This document shows, piece after piece, positions 38,822-48,022 of a stretch of 56,435 nt of DNA. The position numbers were made by a program, and so were the translations under genes. Numbering within the stretch: the stretch's first letter is position 1; each line of letters starts with the position of its first letter. Origin of the DNA: a virus (lineage: Duplodnaviria; Caudoviricetes); the IMG/VR virus record IMGVR_UViG_3300020200_000036, positions 1 through 56,435 of that record, one strand, 5' to 3'. Under the pieces are notes generated by a model. It had not been told where the DNA came from. It was given only the letters and a program-made list of their open reading frames with translations, and did not search any database.

Positions 38822-40537
38822 TTACCTCGGAATACCAAACGAGACTGGCTGTGTCAAAGAACGAGTTGCTATATTGTTATTGACAGATTGAAGTTGTAAT
38901 ACCATTTCTTTCTGAACAGCCAAGGATTCTTTAGACGTTGTATCAGTTTGAGGATTTAATGACATCACCATTGCATTTAAAGAATCCAACAAAGTATTAG
39001 TTCTTCTAACTTGAGGAGTTTCTTTATTAGGATCTAACAAGTCGTTAGTTATTCTAGATTGATTTGCTGTGTCATTAGATGCATCTTTTACCGCATCCAT
39101 AACATCAGATATAGTCCATAAAGCTGTGCCTACTCCAACTATAGCACCTATTGCAGTCCCTAGTCCAGGGGCAACTGATCCTGCAATTGCGCCTGTCGCT
39201 GCTCCTGTGGCTAATTTTTTAGCTATTTGAGATATTAAAAATTTAGTACCAAATCCCGCACCTAGAGCTGTTAGTCCGCCCGTCGCTGCTCCAGCCACTC
39301 CAACAGCTTTCGATGGAAATTTTTGAACTATTTCTTGGAGAGCTTTTGCAGATCTCTCCATTGAATTAGCATAACGCTCTTGAAATGTTTTAAGTGTGGC
39401 AAGATTTTGAGTATTTTCTGTAGTTGCTTCGGAAGCATCTTGTAATGCAGCTTCCACAGATTGGAAAGCTCTGACATTCTGCATTCCTCCAAACAGTTCT
39501 GCAATAGAGGCTGCGGCTCTTCTTCCACTAGCTCCAGTCCCATACCCAGCGGTCATAGACCTAAATGTATTATTAAATGTTTTAACTGCTTGAAGAGTTA
39601 ACTTGGTCTGCTCCTCTTTTGATGCATCTAAAAATTTATTTTGGATATCAAATATACCAGCAATCATTGCTTGCGATTCATTACCAACACCAGTTAAGAA
39701 CTCTGCAACGACACCTAGCTCTTTAGTAGCTCTGTCTCCAATCATCGCAGCCACTTCACCAAGAGCTTCGGTTGTTTGTGCCCCCTTTCCAAGGAGTGAG
39801 GCTGTTTGTACTGATTCGGCTAGCGAGTTTACTGCTTTAAGCATTGTCTCTTGGCTCATTCCGTATGCAACAGCAGTGTCAGAAAGTCTTCTAGACATAT
39901 CCTGAACTTGAGTTGAATTTAATCTAAGGCTCAGAGAAGTGTTAGCTAAGAACGATTGAAGAGTTTGAGTTCCTTGGTTCGTCAGCTTCATTGTGCTGAT
40001 TAACCGCAGTGTATTTACATCTAAATTCTTAAAGCCAACTTCTCTTAAATCTAATATCTCACCAGCAAGCTTAGACATTCTAATCCCAAGATTTGGAATG
40101 TCCATTTTCTGAAGGGTTGTATTTGTCCCCATTGCCCTGGCTTGAAGGTCATCAACCTTCAAAACAAGTTGTGACATTTGTTTCAATTGACGAACAAATA
40201 AACTTTCTACCAACCCTGGTTTATTTCTGCCAGGAACATCAGAATTATCATCGTCTGAGTTTGGGGGTTTAGCGGGGGGTATTACGGGGTTTGGGGGGTT
40301 AGCGGGGGGTATTACGGGTGTTATTGGGCTAGGTGCAGAGGGTTTCTGAATAATTTTCCGCCAGTCTTTGAAAAAACTTTGGCTGTTCTTAGCAAAGTTA
40401 TTAAAGTTATTTTGAAAAATCTTGGCGGGGCCTTTCTGATCATGTAAAATCTTGTTCAACTTCTGAACAGAATTTGCCAGCAACTTCATTTCCCGTATAA
40501 CTGGGTCTTTTTTTGTAGGTTTTTTGGGTTTTGCCAT
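38822..40537 (-). CDS. Tape measure protein
   Basis: 571 aa, Ala/Gln/Ser-rich and helical, with a Gly/Ala hydrophobic segment (GAIAGSVAPGLGTAIGAIVG). Upstream of the tube initiator. Confidence 0.75.
   Translation of the reverse strand: MAKPKKPTKKDPVIREMKLLANSVQKLNKILHDQKGPAKIFQNNFNNFAKNSQSFFKDWRKIIQKPSAPSPITPVIPPANPPNPVIPPAKPPNSDDDNSDVPGRNKPGLVESLFVRQLKQMSQLVLKVDDLQARAMGTNTTLQKMDIPNLGIRMSKLAGEILDLREVGFKNLDVNTLRLISTMKLTNQGTQTLQSFLANTSLSLRLNSTQVQDMSRRLSDTAVAYGMSQETMLKAVNSLAESVQTASLLGKGAQTTEALGEVAAMIGDRATKELGVVAEFLTGVGNESQAMIAGIFDIQNKFLDASKEEQTKLTLQAVKTFNNTFRSMTAGYGTGASGRRAAASIAELFGGMQNVRAFQSVEAALQDASEATTENTQNLATLKTFQERYANSMERSAKALQEIVQKFPSKAVGVAGAATGGLTALGAGFGTKFLISQIAKKLATGAATGAIAGSVAPGLGTAIGAIVGVGTALWTISDVMDAVKDASNDTANQSRITNDLLDPNKETPQVRRTNTLLDSLNAMVMSLNPQTDTTSKESLAVQKEMVLQLQSVNNNIATRSLTQPVSFGIPR
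40259..40318. repeat. Near-perfect 30-nt G-rich tandem duplication
   Basis: gtttggggg(t/g)ttagcggggggtattacggg x2 with one mismatch, encoding PVIPPA(N/K)PPN. Confidence 0.9.
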
Positions 40538-40550
40538 TTTTATCTACCTT

Positions 40551-40560
40551 ATATATTTAT
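40551..40560 (-). promoter_or_regulatory. Putative late promoter before the tape measure gene
   Basis: Minus strand ATAAATATAT followed by AAGGT and the ATG. Confidence 0.45.
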
Positions 40561-41000
40561 TATTGCCTTTTAATAAGCAGATATACCGAACTTATCTTAG
40601 AAATATCTAAAGTTTTAAATGCACTTAGCCCAAATACATACTTTAAAAAGCTTGGCATTAACTTATATTCACACCTATTCTGTTTCTTGTGAAATAACTT
40701 TAAAACTATTTTAAATAAGAAAGATTCTTCGTTTAGCTCAAAACAACAGAGTAAATCATTGTTTCTGGTAGACATAAAATTACCTAGTGGCCCCCTCTCA
40801 GTAGCTGCAATTAGAACAGTCTTAGCTCCACTTTCAAGATAACTTAACTGCATAATCTCCCCAGGTTTTAAAATTTTTACAGAGTTCGTAAAAGACTTAT
40901 AGTGATACTTAACCACTTGATCATCAAGATCCTCTTCACTCTCATCAATATATTTCTCTATTTCTGAGGTCTTCTTATTTAATAATGGGATCTTAATCAT
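40560..41000 (-). CDS. Hypothetical protein
   Basis: 146-aa ORF filling the gap. TAAATA at 41016-41021 upstream. Confidence 0.7.
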   Translation of the reverse strand: MIKIPLLNKKTSEIEKYIDESEEDLDDQVVKYHYKSFTNSVKILKPGEIMQLSYLESGAKTVLIAATERGPLGNFMSTRNNDLLCCFELNEESFLFKIVLKLFHKKQNRCEYKLMPSFLKYVFGLSAFKTLDISKISSVYLLIKRQ

Positions 41001-41060
41001 TGTAACATCTTTGAAATATTTAAAAATATCCTCAAAAAAATTAAAATAGGATACTCTAAT

Positions 41061-41363
41061 ATGTATTATATGAGCAATTTAGATATTGATATTGTAGACT
41101 TTATTGACTTAATTAACTTTACTTTGAGTGATGAATTTATAAATAAGTGGAGATATAGATTTAGTATAAAATTTATAAAAGAGTTTCAAGATAAGATTAT
41201 AAAGTCATTAAAAGACAGAAAACCAATAAAAATTGATTCGTTGATCAAATACTTGTCTAAAAGATGTGGATACTCCACAGAGCAAGTATGCAATTTTCTT
41301 GAAGCTATAGACGTTAAAATCTATCAACCATTAATTTTGGGAAGATCTTCAGTTTCTTTCTGA
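41061..41363 (+). CDS. Hypothetical protein
   Basis: 100-aa ORF filling an otherwise empty gap. Convergent overlap with the nuclease gene. Confidence 0.7.
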   Translation: MYYMSNLDIDIVDFIDLINFTLSDEFINKWRYRFSIKFIKEFQDKIIKSLKDRKPIKIDSLIKYLSKRCGYSTEQVCNFLEAIDVKIYQPLILGRSSVSF

Positions 41364-42127
41364 TTCTTAAGTTTAACTTGCTCTTCAATTCTGGATTCGA
41401 TTGTACAGTTGTCGTTAAAAGCAGGGCACAATGGCTTATACTCACACCATTCACAGAACTGATTTTGCATAGCTGGGAATTCATCCTTCTTCTTCTTACG
41501 AATCTTCCATACCTTATTTATTTCTTTCTCCCTCCACATATTGATAGATGATTGCGGGAACTTAACAGATATTAAATTATCTGTTAGTGGATAGTAGTGA
41601 GCGCACCAAATATCACTTATTGGAACTTTGAATTCCTCGGAGACAGCAAAAGCATACCCCATTAGCTGTTTATCCCTGGAAAGGTCCATCCGTGTCTTTT
41701 CCTTCTTGGAAGTTTTATAGTCTATAATTAAAATTCCGCCTTGTTGGCCCTTTACGATTCTATCAATGAATCCGTTATATTTAATTCCCTCCGCTAGATC
41801 TACGGAGAACTCATGCTCCACTGCCATCGTTTCCCCTAGCCCACCGTTAAACCTTAAAAAGTTACGAAGACATTGAGCAATCCTGTCTTTATAGACAAGA
41901 GGCACTTTGTAATCTTTTTTTATGTTTTCTGCTATTTTTTCTAGCTCAGAGATATGATTCTCAGTATGCCCAAGCTCGAAAATTCTATGTATATAAGTTC
42001 CGAAGTCCAAAGCATCCTCATTCTTTGATGGGTAGCCAGGAAACTTCCTTATATATCTATAGTCGTACTTGAGCAAACATTGATCTATTACGTCACTTTT
42101 TGAACTGCTTAGTCGGTCTATAAACAT
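41324..42127 (-). CDS. Cas4/AddB-like PD-(D/E)xK exonuclease with an Fe-S cluster motif
   Basis: LSSS...QC, FGTYIH, E...GFIDRI...IIDYKT, QL..Y, and CEWCEYKPLC (1+3 Cys). Confidence 0.9.
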   Translation of the reverse strand: MFIDRLSSSKSDVIDQCLLKYDYRYIRKFPGYPSKNEDALDFGTYIHRIFELGHTENHISELEKIAENIKKDYKVPLVYKDRIAQCLRNFLRFNGGLGETMAVEHEFSVDLAEGIKYNGFIDRIVKGQQGGILIIDYKTSKKEKTRMDLSRDKQLMGYAFAVSEEFKVPISDIWCAHYYPLTDNLISVKFPQSSINMWREKEINKVWKIRKKKKDEFPAMQNQFCEWCEYKPLCPAFNDNCTIESRIEEQVKLKNQKETEDLPKING

Positions 42128-43094
42128 GATATCCTCAACTTACATTAGAGACTATTTACTTAAAAAGTTTCAGGGAAAATATAAATTAATAAGTGGGGAA
42201 CGAGAACTTACGATACCATCGCTATTTTTGGATCACGATCCTAAGCGGCATATGTCCATAAATCTAGATAGCGGACTATGGCAGTGTTTTAAATCTGGCG
42301 AACGTGGTAACTTTCTGCATCTTTATGCAAGACTGGAGAATATCACCTATAAAGATGCCTATAAGCGTTTTCTGGTCGAGGAATTCTTCTCTGAGCCAAC
42401 GGAGCCAGTCCTCCCTGATGATTCCGTAGAGAGGCTTCCAGAGGACTTCTCGCAAGCATACAGTAGGGTAGATATATCCTCATTCAACGAGGTTAATAGT
42501 GCAGCATCATTATTTATAATTGATAGGCGTATTTCTCAATACGGAGACTTTTATTATACAGCAGAGGGTCCGTATCGTAACCGTCTGATAATACCTTATG
42601 ATAACGGAAGGAATGTCTACTACTTCCAGGCTAGGTCACTTTTTGGGCAGGAACCTAAGTATCTTAATTTTAAAGGAATTAAATCTTCCTCTATACTTTT
42701 CCCATTCAAATACGACAGCAATGACCCGTTGTATATTTGTGAGGGTGCCATAGACGCAATATCATTACAATTAGCAGGATTCAACGCAACAACCACTATT
42801 TCATGCCATGTTTCCAAATCTCAATTGGAGCAATTAAAATACTATCAAGGGAAAATTGTAGTTGCTTACGATAACGATAAAGCCGGATCAGTTGGTCTTC
42901 GTAACTTTGAGATTTTACGAAGACATATGAGGATGCAATCAATCTATTACTGCTTTCCCCCTAATAAGTACAAGGATTGGAATGAAGCTTGGGTAGTGGA
43001 TCCAACTTCTATACTATCTTCTCTTAAGAATGCTAGATTGTTTGAGATGAACGAGTGGGATATTATGTCAGAGTTAAATACATTGGATCTGTAA
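42126..43094 (+). CDS. DNA primase (DnaG/gp61-like, TOPRIM)
   Basis: NRLIIP...FQAR...PKYLN, ICEGAIDA, YDNDKAG, KDWNE. Confidence 0.9.
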   Translation: MISSTYIRDYLLKKFQGKYKLISGERELTIPSLFLDHDPKRHMSINLDSGLWQCFKSGERGNFLHLYARLENITYKDAYKRFLVEEFFSEPTEPVLPDDSVERLPEDFSQAYSRVDISSFNEVNSAASLFIIDRRISQYGDFYYTAEGPYRNRLIIPYDNGRNVYYFQARSLFGQEPKYLNFKGIKSSSILFPFKYDSNDPLYICEGAIDAISLQLAGFNATTTISCHVSKSQLEQLKYYQGKIVVAYDNDKAGSVGLRNFEILRRHMRMQSIYYCFPPNKYKDWNEAWVVDPTSILSSLKNARLFEMNEWDIMSELNTLDL

Positions 43095-44013
43095 TCAACA
43101 CTTCGTTAAATAAGGAGTATTTAGCTCTAATGGCATAAACTCCACGAGTGGAATCGAAGTTCCCGGCAGTGACTTGAGAATGTGTTGATAATGTCTCTGT
43201 ATTCCATTGGAAAATCATCACATTATCTGCGCTCATAAAAGTGTGAGCAGATGTGTCTGCGAAACTAGACACAGTAACCTTAGCTGGGAGATTGGCGGCT
43301 TCGTTCACTTTTACAATCTCTATTGATCCATTTGTAATTACATTATCTCTAAGTAGATTCTTTATTGACTCGTCTATTCCAATATTTTCAACAACAATAT
43401 TAGTAGCTAGTTTTAGATCTACTTTTGATCCTAGCGTTACTTTGCTGTTTATTAGCCTAGTCTTGGCTTTTAGCATCAGAGGTTCAGTTAGAACTGTAAA
43501 TCCCCCCTTTCTGAGCTTAAATTCATTGATTACAATCTGAAGCTCAGATCCTTCTGCCATATTTATGGTCCAGATGTCATTATAATCTTTTGTTGACTGG
43601 GCATCATTTGCTATCTGTTCACTAAGCCCATCAAGATTTATAACACCTGAAAGATTTATAGTTCCATCAAGAATAACAATGTATTTTCCAACACCAGTTT
43701 TAAATATACCGCTGGCTGATTGCCCCCCAGTATAGTTTGAAACATTGAAACATACATTGCTAGTATCAGCGGAGGAGTTGCAGAAATTCATAAGAATCTG
43801 ACCACTGACATTTGGAGTATCTATTAACTGTGTAGATGATCCAAGAAGTGAATTTGGATATAAGTTGTCCGATCTGGCAAAGATAGTGACTGCGCTGATT
43901 TGATATGGGTCAGCGTATTGTCCATCTAATAAAAAGAAAGCCTGTAATCCGACCTTTTCTAGCACAGATGGTCGATTATTTCTTTCACTAATGTATATGT
44001 TGTTCAAAAGCAT
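43063..44013 (-). CDS. Hypothetical, probably virion structural protein
   Basis: 316 aa, beta-rich, co-oriented and overlapping with the chaperone genes. Confidence 0.7.
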   Translation of the reverse strand: MLLNNIYISERNNRPSVLEKVGLQAFFLLDGQYADPYQISAVTIFARSDNLYPNSLLGSSTQLIDTPNVSGQILMNFCNSSADTSNVCFNVSNYTGGQSASGIFKTGVGKYIVILDGTINLSGVINLDGLSEQIANDAQSTKDYNDIWTINMAEGSELQIVINEFKLRKGGFTVLTEPLMLKAKTRLINSKVTLGSKVDLKLATNIVVENIGIDESIKNLLRDNVITNGSIEIVKVNEAANLPAKVTVSSFADTSAHTFMSADNVMIFQWNTETLSTHSQVTAGNFDSTRGVYAIRAKYSLFNEVLITDPMYLTLT

Positions 44014-44182
44014 TTTTCTGAGCTTCCAGATCTTTTGTGTATAATTTTAAAAACACCGCTCTTTCGAGCTTTGTCATAGACTTAACATCTTGATAAGTAA
44101 AACTGCACTTACTTACCAGTATGTAGGCTTCTAGGAGCAAGTCCTCTATGTTTATTTTGGATGTTAAGTCACTGAAAAAAAA
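43988..44182 (-). CDS. gp51: gp51-like tail/baseplate assembly chaperone frame, probably reached by -1 frameshift
   Basis: EAYILV...FTYQDVKSMTKLER.VFL resembles gp51-type chaperones. There is no early in-frame ATG, and the frame overlaps the gp26 end at a T8 run. Confidence 0.7.
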   Translation of the reverse strand, partial: FFFSDLTSKINIEDLLLEAYILVSKCSFTYQDVKSMTKLERAVFLKLYTKDLEAQKNAFEQHIH

Positions 44183-44907
44183 TTTTCGTTGATTGGGACA
44201 GTCATTAACGACTCCCCCCCACACTCAGAACAGTGCAAAATAAACTTAGGGTCGAGGCCAAGGTCAGTCCGCAAGATATTATTTAAAATAAATTTAATAT
44301 CACGAATATGCATCCTTGGGATGGCTCGGCTAATAAAAACTGGATCTGAGGTTCCGTCTAGCTCAACAACAAATCTCCAAATATTATTATAGATCTGCTC
44401 TTGATTGTTTAAAAATTGCTCATCAGATACCCGTGGGAACCTTACCTTAGCAGTTTTTTTAAGTTTAGGTAAAGTTATTTCTCTAGGGTCAAGTATGTCT
44501 TGTGGTAGGTAATTTACTACCAGCTTATTTAAATCAATGTTGATATCAGCTTCAGCAGAACACTTAGGGCAAACTACATGGGCTGGGTAATTCTCGCCAT
44601 AGGAAATTTCTCTTATTTTTAATAAAATTAATATTTTATCTATTAAAAGTAAGGAATTTGTATCGAATCCTTTAACGCATTTTGATAGCAGTAAATTTAC
44701 CGGGTTTATGCCACTCCTTACGCTAGTTGATAATTGTTTTTCGTCTTCAAACTTTATTGGGCTGATTACTATCTCGGCTCTCTTGCTAGGGTAAAATCTA
44801 CCTTCTGTTGGTAGTTTAATTATAACATCTGTCTCTACTGGAGCGTCGCTAAACAGACTGTCTATTCTGGCATCTCTATCAGGTTGAAATTTATCTAAGT
44901 TTGACAT
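44164..44907 (-). CDS. gp26: Baseplate hub / tail assembly chaperone (gp26-like)
   Basis: LPTEG.FY, DEK.L, D...ILLKIREISYG, CPKC, VRFPR..D, CSEC, C-terminal NFF. Confidence 0.85.
   Translation of the reverse strand: MSNLDKFQPDRDARIDSLFSDAPVETDVIIKLPTEGRFYPSKRAEIVISPIKFEDEKQLSTSVRSGINPVNLLLSKCVKGFDTNSLLLIDKILILLKIREISYGENYPAHVVCPKCSAEADINIDLNKLVVNYLPQDILDPREITLPKLKKTAKVRFPRVSDEQFLNNQEQIYNNIWRFVVELDGTSDPVFISRAIPRMHIRDIKFILNNILRTDLGLDPKFILHCSECGGESLMTVPINENFFSVT
44175..44186 (-). other. Candidate -1 ribosomal frameshift site
   Basis: Minus strand GAA AAT TTT TTT TCA GTG ACT TAA contains the in-phase heptamer T TTT TTT. Confidence 0.65.
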
Positions 44908-44937
44908 ATAATTCCTATATCTACTATTATAGTAGGT

Positions 44938-46311
44938 ATGAAAATTAGGGTAGGTATTATAGACTCCTTAATAGAGACTGATAACCCACAAATAATAAAA
45001 ATATTATCTGATAAATGGGCTTTCCCTGTGCCTGGGCATCAGTTCACTCCAGCGTATCGCCGTAGGGGGTGGGACGGCAATAAGAGGTTTATCACTCCTG
45101 CTGGAAGGTTCAAAACGGGACTACTTCCGGCTATCCTAGAAGATCTTGCCAAGATTAACTGCAAACCTGAAATAGAGAGAGAATATCCTTCCAATGACAG
45201 TAAAAAATTTGCAACAAGTATAAAAGAATTTAATCTATTTGACTATCAAGAAAAAGCAGTTAAAGATGCAATAAAGTCTGAGAGGGCTTTAATCCTGTCC
45301 CCAACTGGGTCTGGGAAGACACTAATTCTAGCCTCTATGCTTACAGCTTTTCAGGATAAGAAAGTAGTTATCCTGTTTGACGAGCGAAGCATTCTTATAC
45401 AGACGTTTGATTATTTGACAAAGAAATGTGGTTTCAAGGATATTGGGATTAATCTCGGCGGTGATCACAAGAACGGCAGAATAATGCTGTCAACCGTTCA
45501 AAGTATTGAAAAGATATTTGACAGCCATTTAAATGAATCGGAGGTGTTGATTGTTGACGAAGTTCATAAATTTTGTCGTGGCGAAATTTCCATTGCTGCA
45601 ATACAGAGTTTTCCAAATGCTAGCTACCGTTTCGGATTTACCGCTACTATTCCAGATGATACCATTGGTCAGTTAACTTTGCGCGGTGCATTCGGTAGTA
45701 TTATTACAACTAAGACTACTCAGGACTTGATTAGTGAGAAAAAATTAGCCAAGCCGGTTATCCAAATTATAGAATATAAAGACGATCTGTCTGAGCAGGA
45801 CATGAAAGATTCTTACATAAATCTGTACGAAAAGTTCATTGTAAACTCAGACAAACGTAATCGTCTTATTATTGATCTTGCATCAAAGATATCAGACAGT
45901 AACCATACAGCCAAAGTTTGTATCCTAGTAAAGAACTTAGCGCACCTTGAGATTCTTAGACTCGCCATCCCGAACTCCTACACTCTTGAGGGAATCAACT
46001 CTATATCAGAACGTAAAAAGGCTATCAAAGGATTTATAAAGTCTAAAAAGGCAGCTTTTTTAATAGGAACCAAAGTATTGCAGACGGGGATTAATATCGA
46101 GGAGATCTCTCACCTCATCAATGCCAGAGGACTAAAAGATAAGATTCCTACAATTCAGGGGCTTGGCCGTGGTATGCGTAAAATGGACGGTAAATCATCC
46201 GTCATGGTGTACGACTTTATGGATGAAATACCATACATGAACGATCACTCCAAGCAGCGAATCAAGCATTACAGAAAAGAGGGCCATGAGATTAATTGGA
46301 TAAAATTATGA
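44938..46311 (+). CDS. uvsW: Superfamily 2 helicase (UvsW-like)
   Basis: LFDYQ, SPTGSGKT, DEVH, GFTAT, TGINI, QGLGRGMR. N-terminal WDG motif. Confidence 0.9.
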   Translation: MKIRVGIIDSLIETDNPQIIKILSDKWAFPVPGHQFTPAYRRRGWDGNKRFITPAGRFKTGLLPAILEDLAKINCKPEIEREYPSNDSKKFATSIKEFNLFDYQEKAVKDAIKSERALILSPTGSGKTLILASMLTAFQDKKVVILFDERSILIQTFDYLTKKCGFKDIGINLGGDHKNGRIMLSTVQSIEKIFDSHLNESEVLIVDEVHKFCRGEISIAAIQSFPNASYRFGFTATIPDDTIGQLTLRGAFGSIITTKTTQDLISEKKLAKPVIQIIEYKDDLSEQDMKDSYINLYEKFIVNSDKRNRLIIDLASKISDSNHTAKVCILVKNLAHLEILRLAIPNSYTLEGINSISERKKAIKGFIKSKKAAFLIGTKVLQTGINIEEISHLINARGLKDKIPTIQGLGRGMRKMDGKSSVMVYDFMDEIPYMNDHSKQRIKHYRKEGHEINWIKL

Positions 46312-46535
46312 AACCAGCAAATATTGTTTTAGATTCACTTTACAAGTTTACACAAACTCAAAAGAACAGCATGGATACTGTTTGCACTGATATAATGTCT
46401 TTAAAGGAAAAGCAAATTGGATTAGATACATTTAATACTTTAAACAATGCTATTAAAGAGTTAGAAGGCATTAGAGACAATATAGTTTCTAGACTTTTAT
46501 CATCTATGAAGCGTGGAGATATGATTAAAGATTAA
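46308..46535 (+). CDS. Small hypothetical protein coupled to the helicase
   Basis: ATG at 46308 overlaps the helicase TGA (ATGA). Predicted helical. Confidence 0.65.
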   Translation: MKPANIVLDSLYKFTQTQKNSMDTVCTDIMSLKEKQIGLDTFNTLNNAIKELEGIRDNIVSRLLSSMKRGDMIKD

Positions 46536-46536
46536 A

Positions 46537-47970
46537 TTACTTTACTCCCCAATAAATTTGTGATGGAAGATTACCTGAATCAACGTCAACTTGCAATACA
46601 TAAGATGTATCTGGTGTGCCAGTGGGGACTTCTAACCAATACGGGAGTCCGGTTTCATTAATAGGATCATTCAATAATACAGCAGGATTCGATGGTTGAC
46701 CTAAATTAACAATATTAGTTCCATTGTAATAAAATAGATCTCCTGTTGCTAAAGTGCTTGGTACAGCACAAAACTTTCTTCCAGCGGTCGTGAACGAGGT
46801 CGAAGCAGTTAAATCCACTCCACTAAAATAAATTAATACGTTAGATCCTGTTGATTGATTTGCTATTGCTTGAAGAGTTGCATCAAGATTTACATAAGTA
46901 GTTGCAGATATAGTTGTAGCACTTAAAGATGAGACTCTGTAATTAGAGTTTGCATAAGTTCCACCACCGGCTGATACAAAGTTATTTGAAAGATTTGGGG
47001 CAACATGGCCTGGGACCCAGTTTGATAGTGTATCTCCTTGCCAAACTCCTGAAGTACCATTCCAAGTAAGAGGGCTGCCGTCTTCCATAAATGAGAAATA
47101 AGGATCACCTGAAACAGTTGTAGATCTTTGTACGTTATCTAGGTCACCTAAATCTATATGGTCTAACTGAACTTGACCTGTACCATAACCAATTCTTGCA
47201 GATTTCCATTGTGAATTTGAACTATTCCAATATAATACATGGTTGTTCGATGGGTTTGGAACATTAACATCGAATAAATTATCTAAAGTAGTACCTGTGG
47301 TAAAAAAAGTACCAGTAGCCACAGAATTTAGAGGATCTCCTCCGTTCCCAACTAAGAAGTGGTTTGCTGTAAATGAAGTTTGTCCAGTTCCACCGTAAGT
47401 AACTGACAATGGAGTGTTTTCTATTGCTATAGTTCCAAGTTCCAGGTTATTTCTCGCTTGTGCCGTACCCGTAGCCCCAGTTCCACCGTTAGCAACTGAC
47501 AATGGAGTGTTTTCTATTGCTATAGTTCCAAGTCCCAGGTTAGTTCTCGCTTGTGCCATACCCGTAGCCCCAGTTCCACCGTTAATAACTGACAATGGAG
47601 TGTTTAGACTTAAGATATTAGCAGTTAAGGTAGTTCCATTAAATGTTAAGTTACTATCTGAAGAATATCTTGTTCCATTATAATATATTACTCCATTTGA
47701 ATTTGGTGTAGCGGTTGCGTTAGTCCCACCTTGCTCTATTGTAACAACATTTGCAGTTGTAAGTAAAACTCCAGTTCCTTGTAAAGAAGTTACATTTATT
47801 GATGTCGGATCTACCCCCCCACCAGGACTGTATGTATAACCATTAATGCTAGTTACATTTAAACTATCAATAGCCAAATAATTCGATTCAGCAAGTCTAT
47901 ATGGGATGCCAGTTTCACTGTCAACGTGAAGAATAATAGGTCGTGGATCGTCTTTTGGCCCAATAGTCAT
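46537..47970 (-). CDS. Fibre protein with GGTG repeats
   Basis: LSV.NGGTGAT..AQAR.NL.LG repeats, L.DL.DV-type motifs and GDLFYY; Thr/Gly/Asn-rich. Confidence 0.8.
   Translation of the reverse strand: MTIGPKDDPRPIILHVDSETGIPYRLAESNYLAIDSLNVTSINGYTYSPGGGVDPTSINVTSLQGTGVLLTTANVVTIEQGGTNATATPNSNGVIYYNGTRYSSDSNLTFNGTTLTANILSLNTPLSVINGGTGATGMAQARTNLGLGTIAIENTPLSVANGGTGATGTAQARNNLELGTIAIENTPLSVTYGGTGQTSFTANHFLVGNGGDPLNSVATGTFFTTGTTLDNLFDVNVPNPSNNHVLYWNSSNSQWKSARIGYGTGQVQLDHIDLGDLDNVQRSTTVSGDPYFSFMEDGSPLTWNGTSGVWQGDTLSNWVPGHVAPNLSNNFVSAGGGTYANSNYRVSSLSATTISATTYVNLDATLQAIANQSTGSNVLIYFSGVDLTASTSFTTAGRKFCAVPSTLATGDLFYYNGTNIVNLGQPSNPAVLLNDPINETGLPYWLEVPTGTPDTSYVLQVDVDSGNLPSQIYWGVK
47401..47604. repeat. 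93-nt period direct repeats (about 2.2 copies)
   Basis: aactgacaatggagtgttt starts at 47401, 47494 and 47587. The units are nearly identical and encode a 31-aa repeat. Confidence 0.92.
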
Positions 47971-48022
47971 AAAATTATTGTGATATATGACTTTAGAAGT
48001 TCATATTAAAATATTAATAATT

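Noticed and set aside
40560-41000. Possible T4 gp2-like DNA end protector
   Set aside because: Only a vague positional and motif resemblance, so it is left as hypothetical.
47401-47604. Repeats as a CRISPR array or a diversity-generating retroelement template/variable pair
   Set aside because: The units are contiguous, in-frame and coding, with no unique spacers. No reverse transcriptase was recognised in the window.
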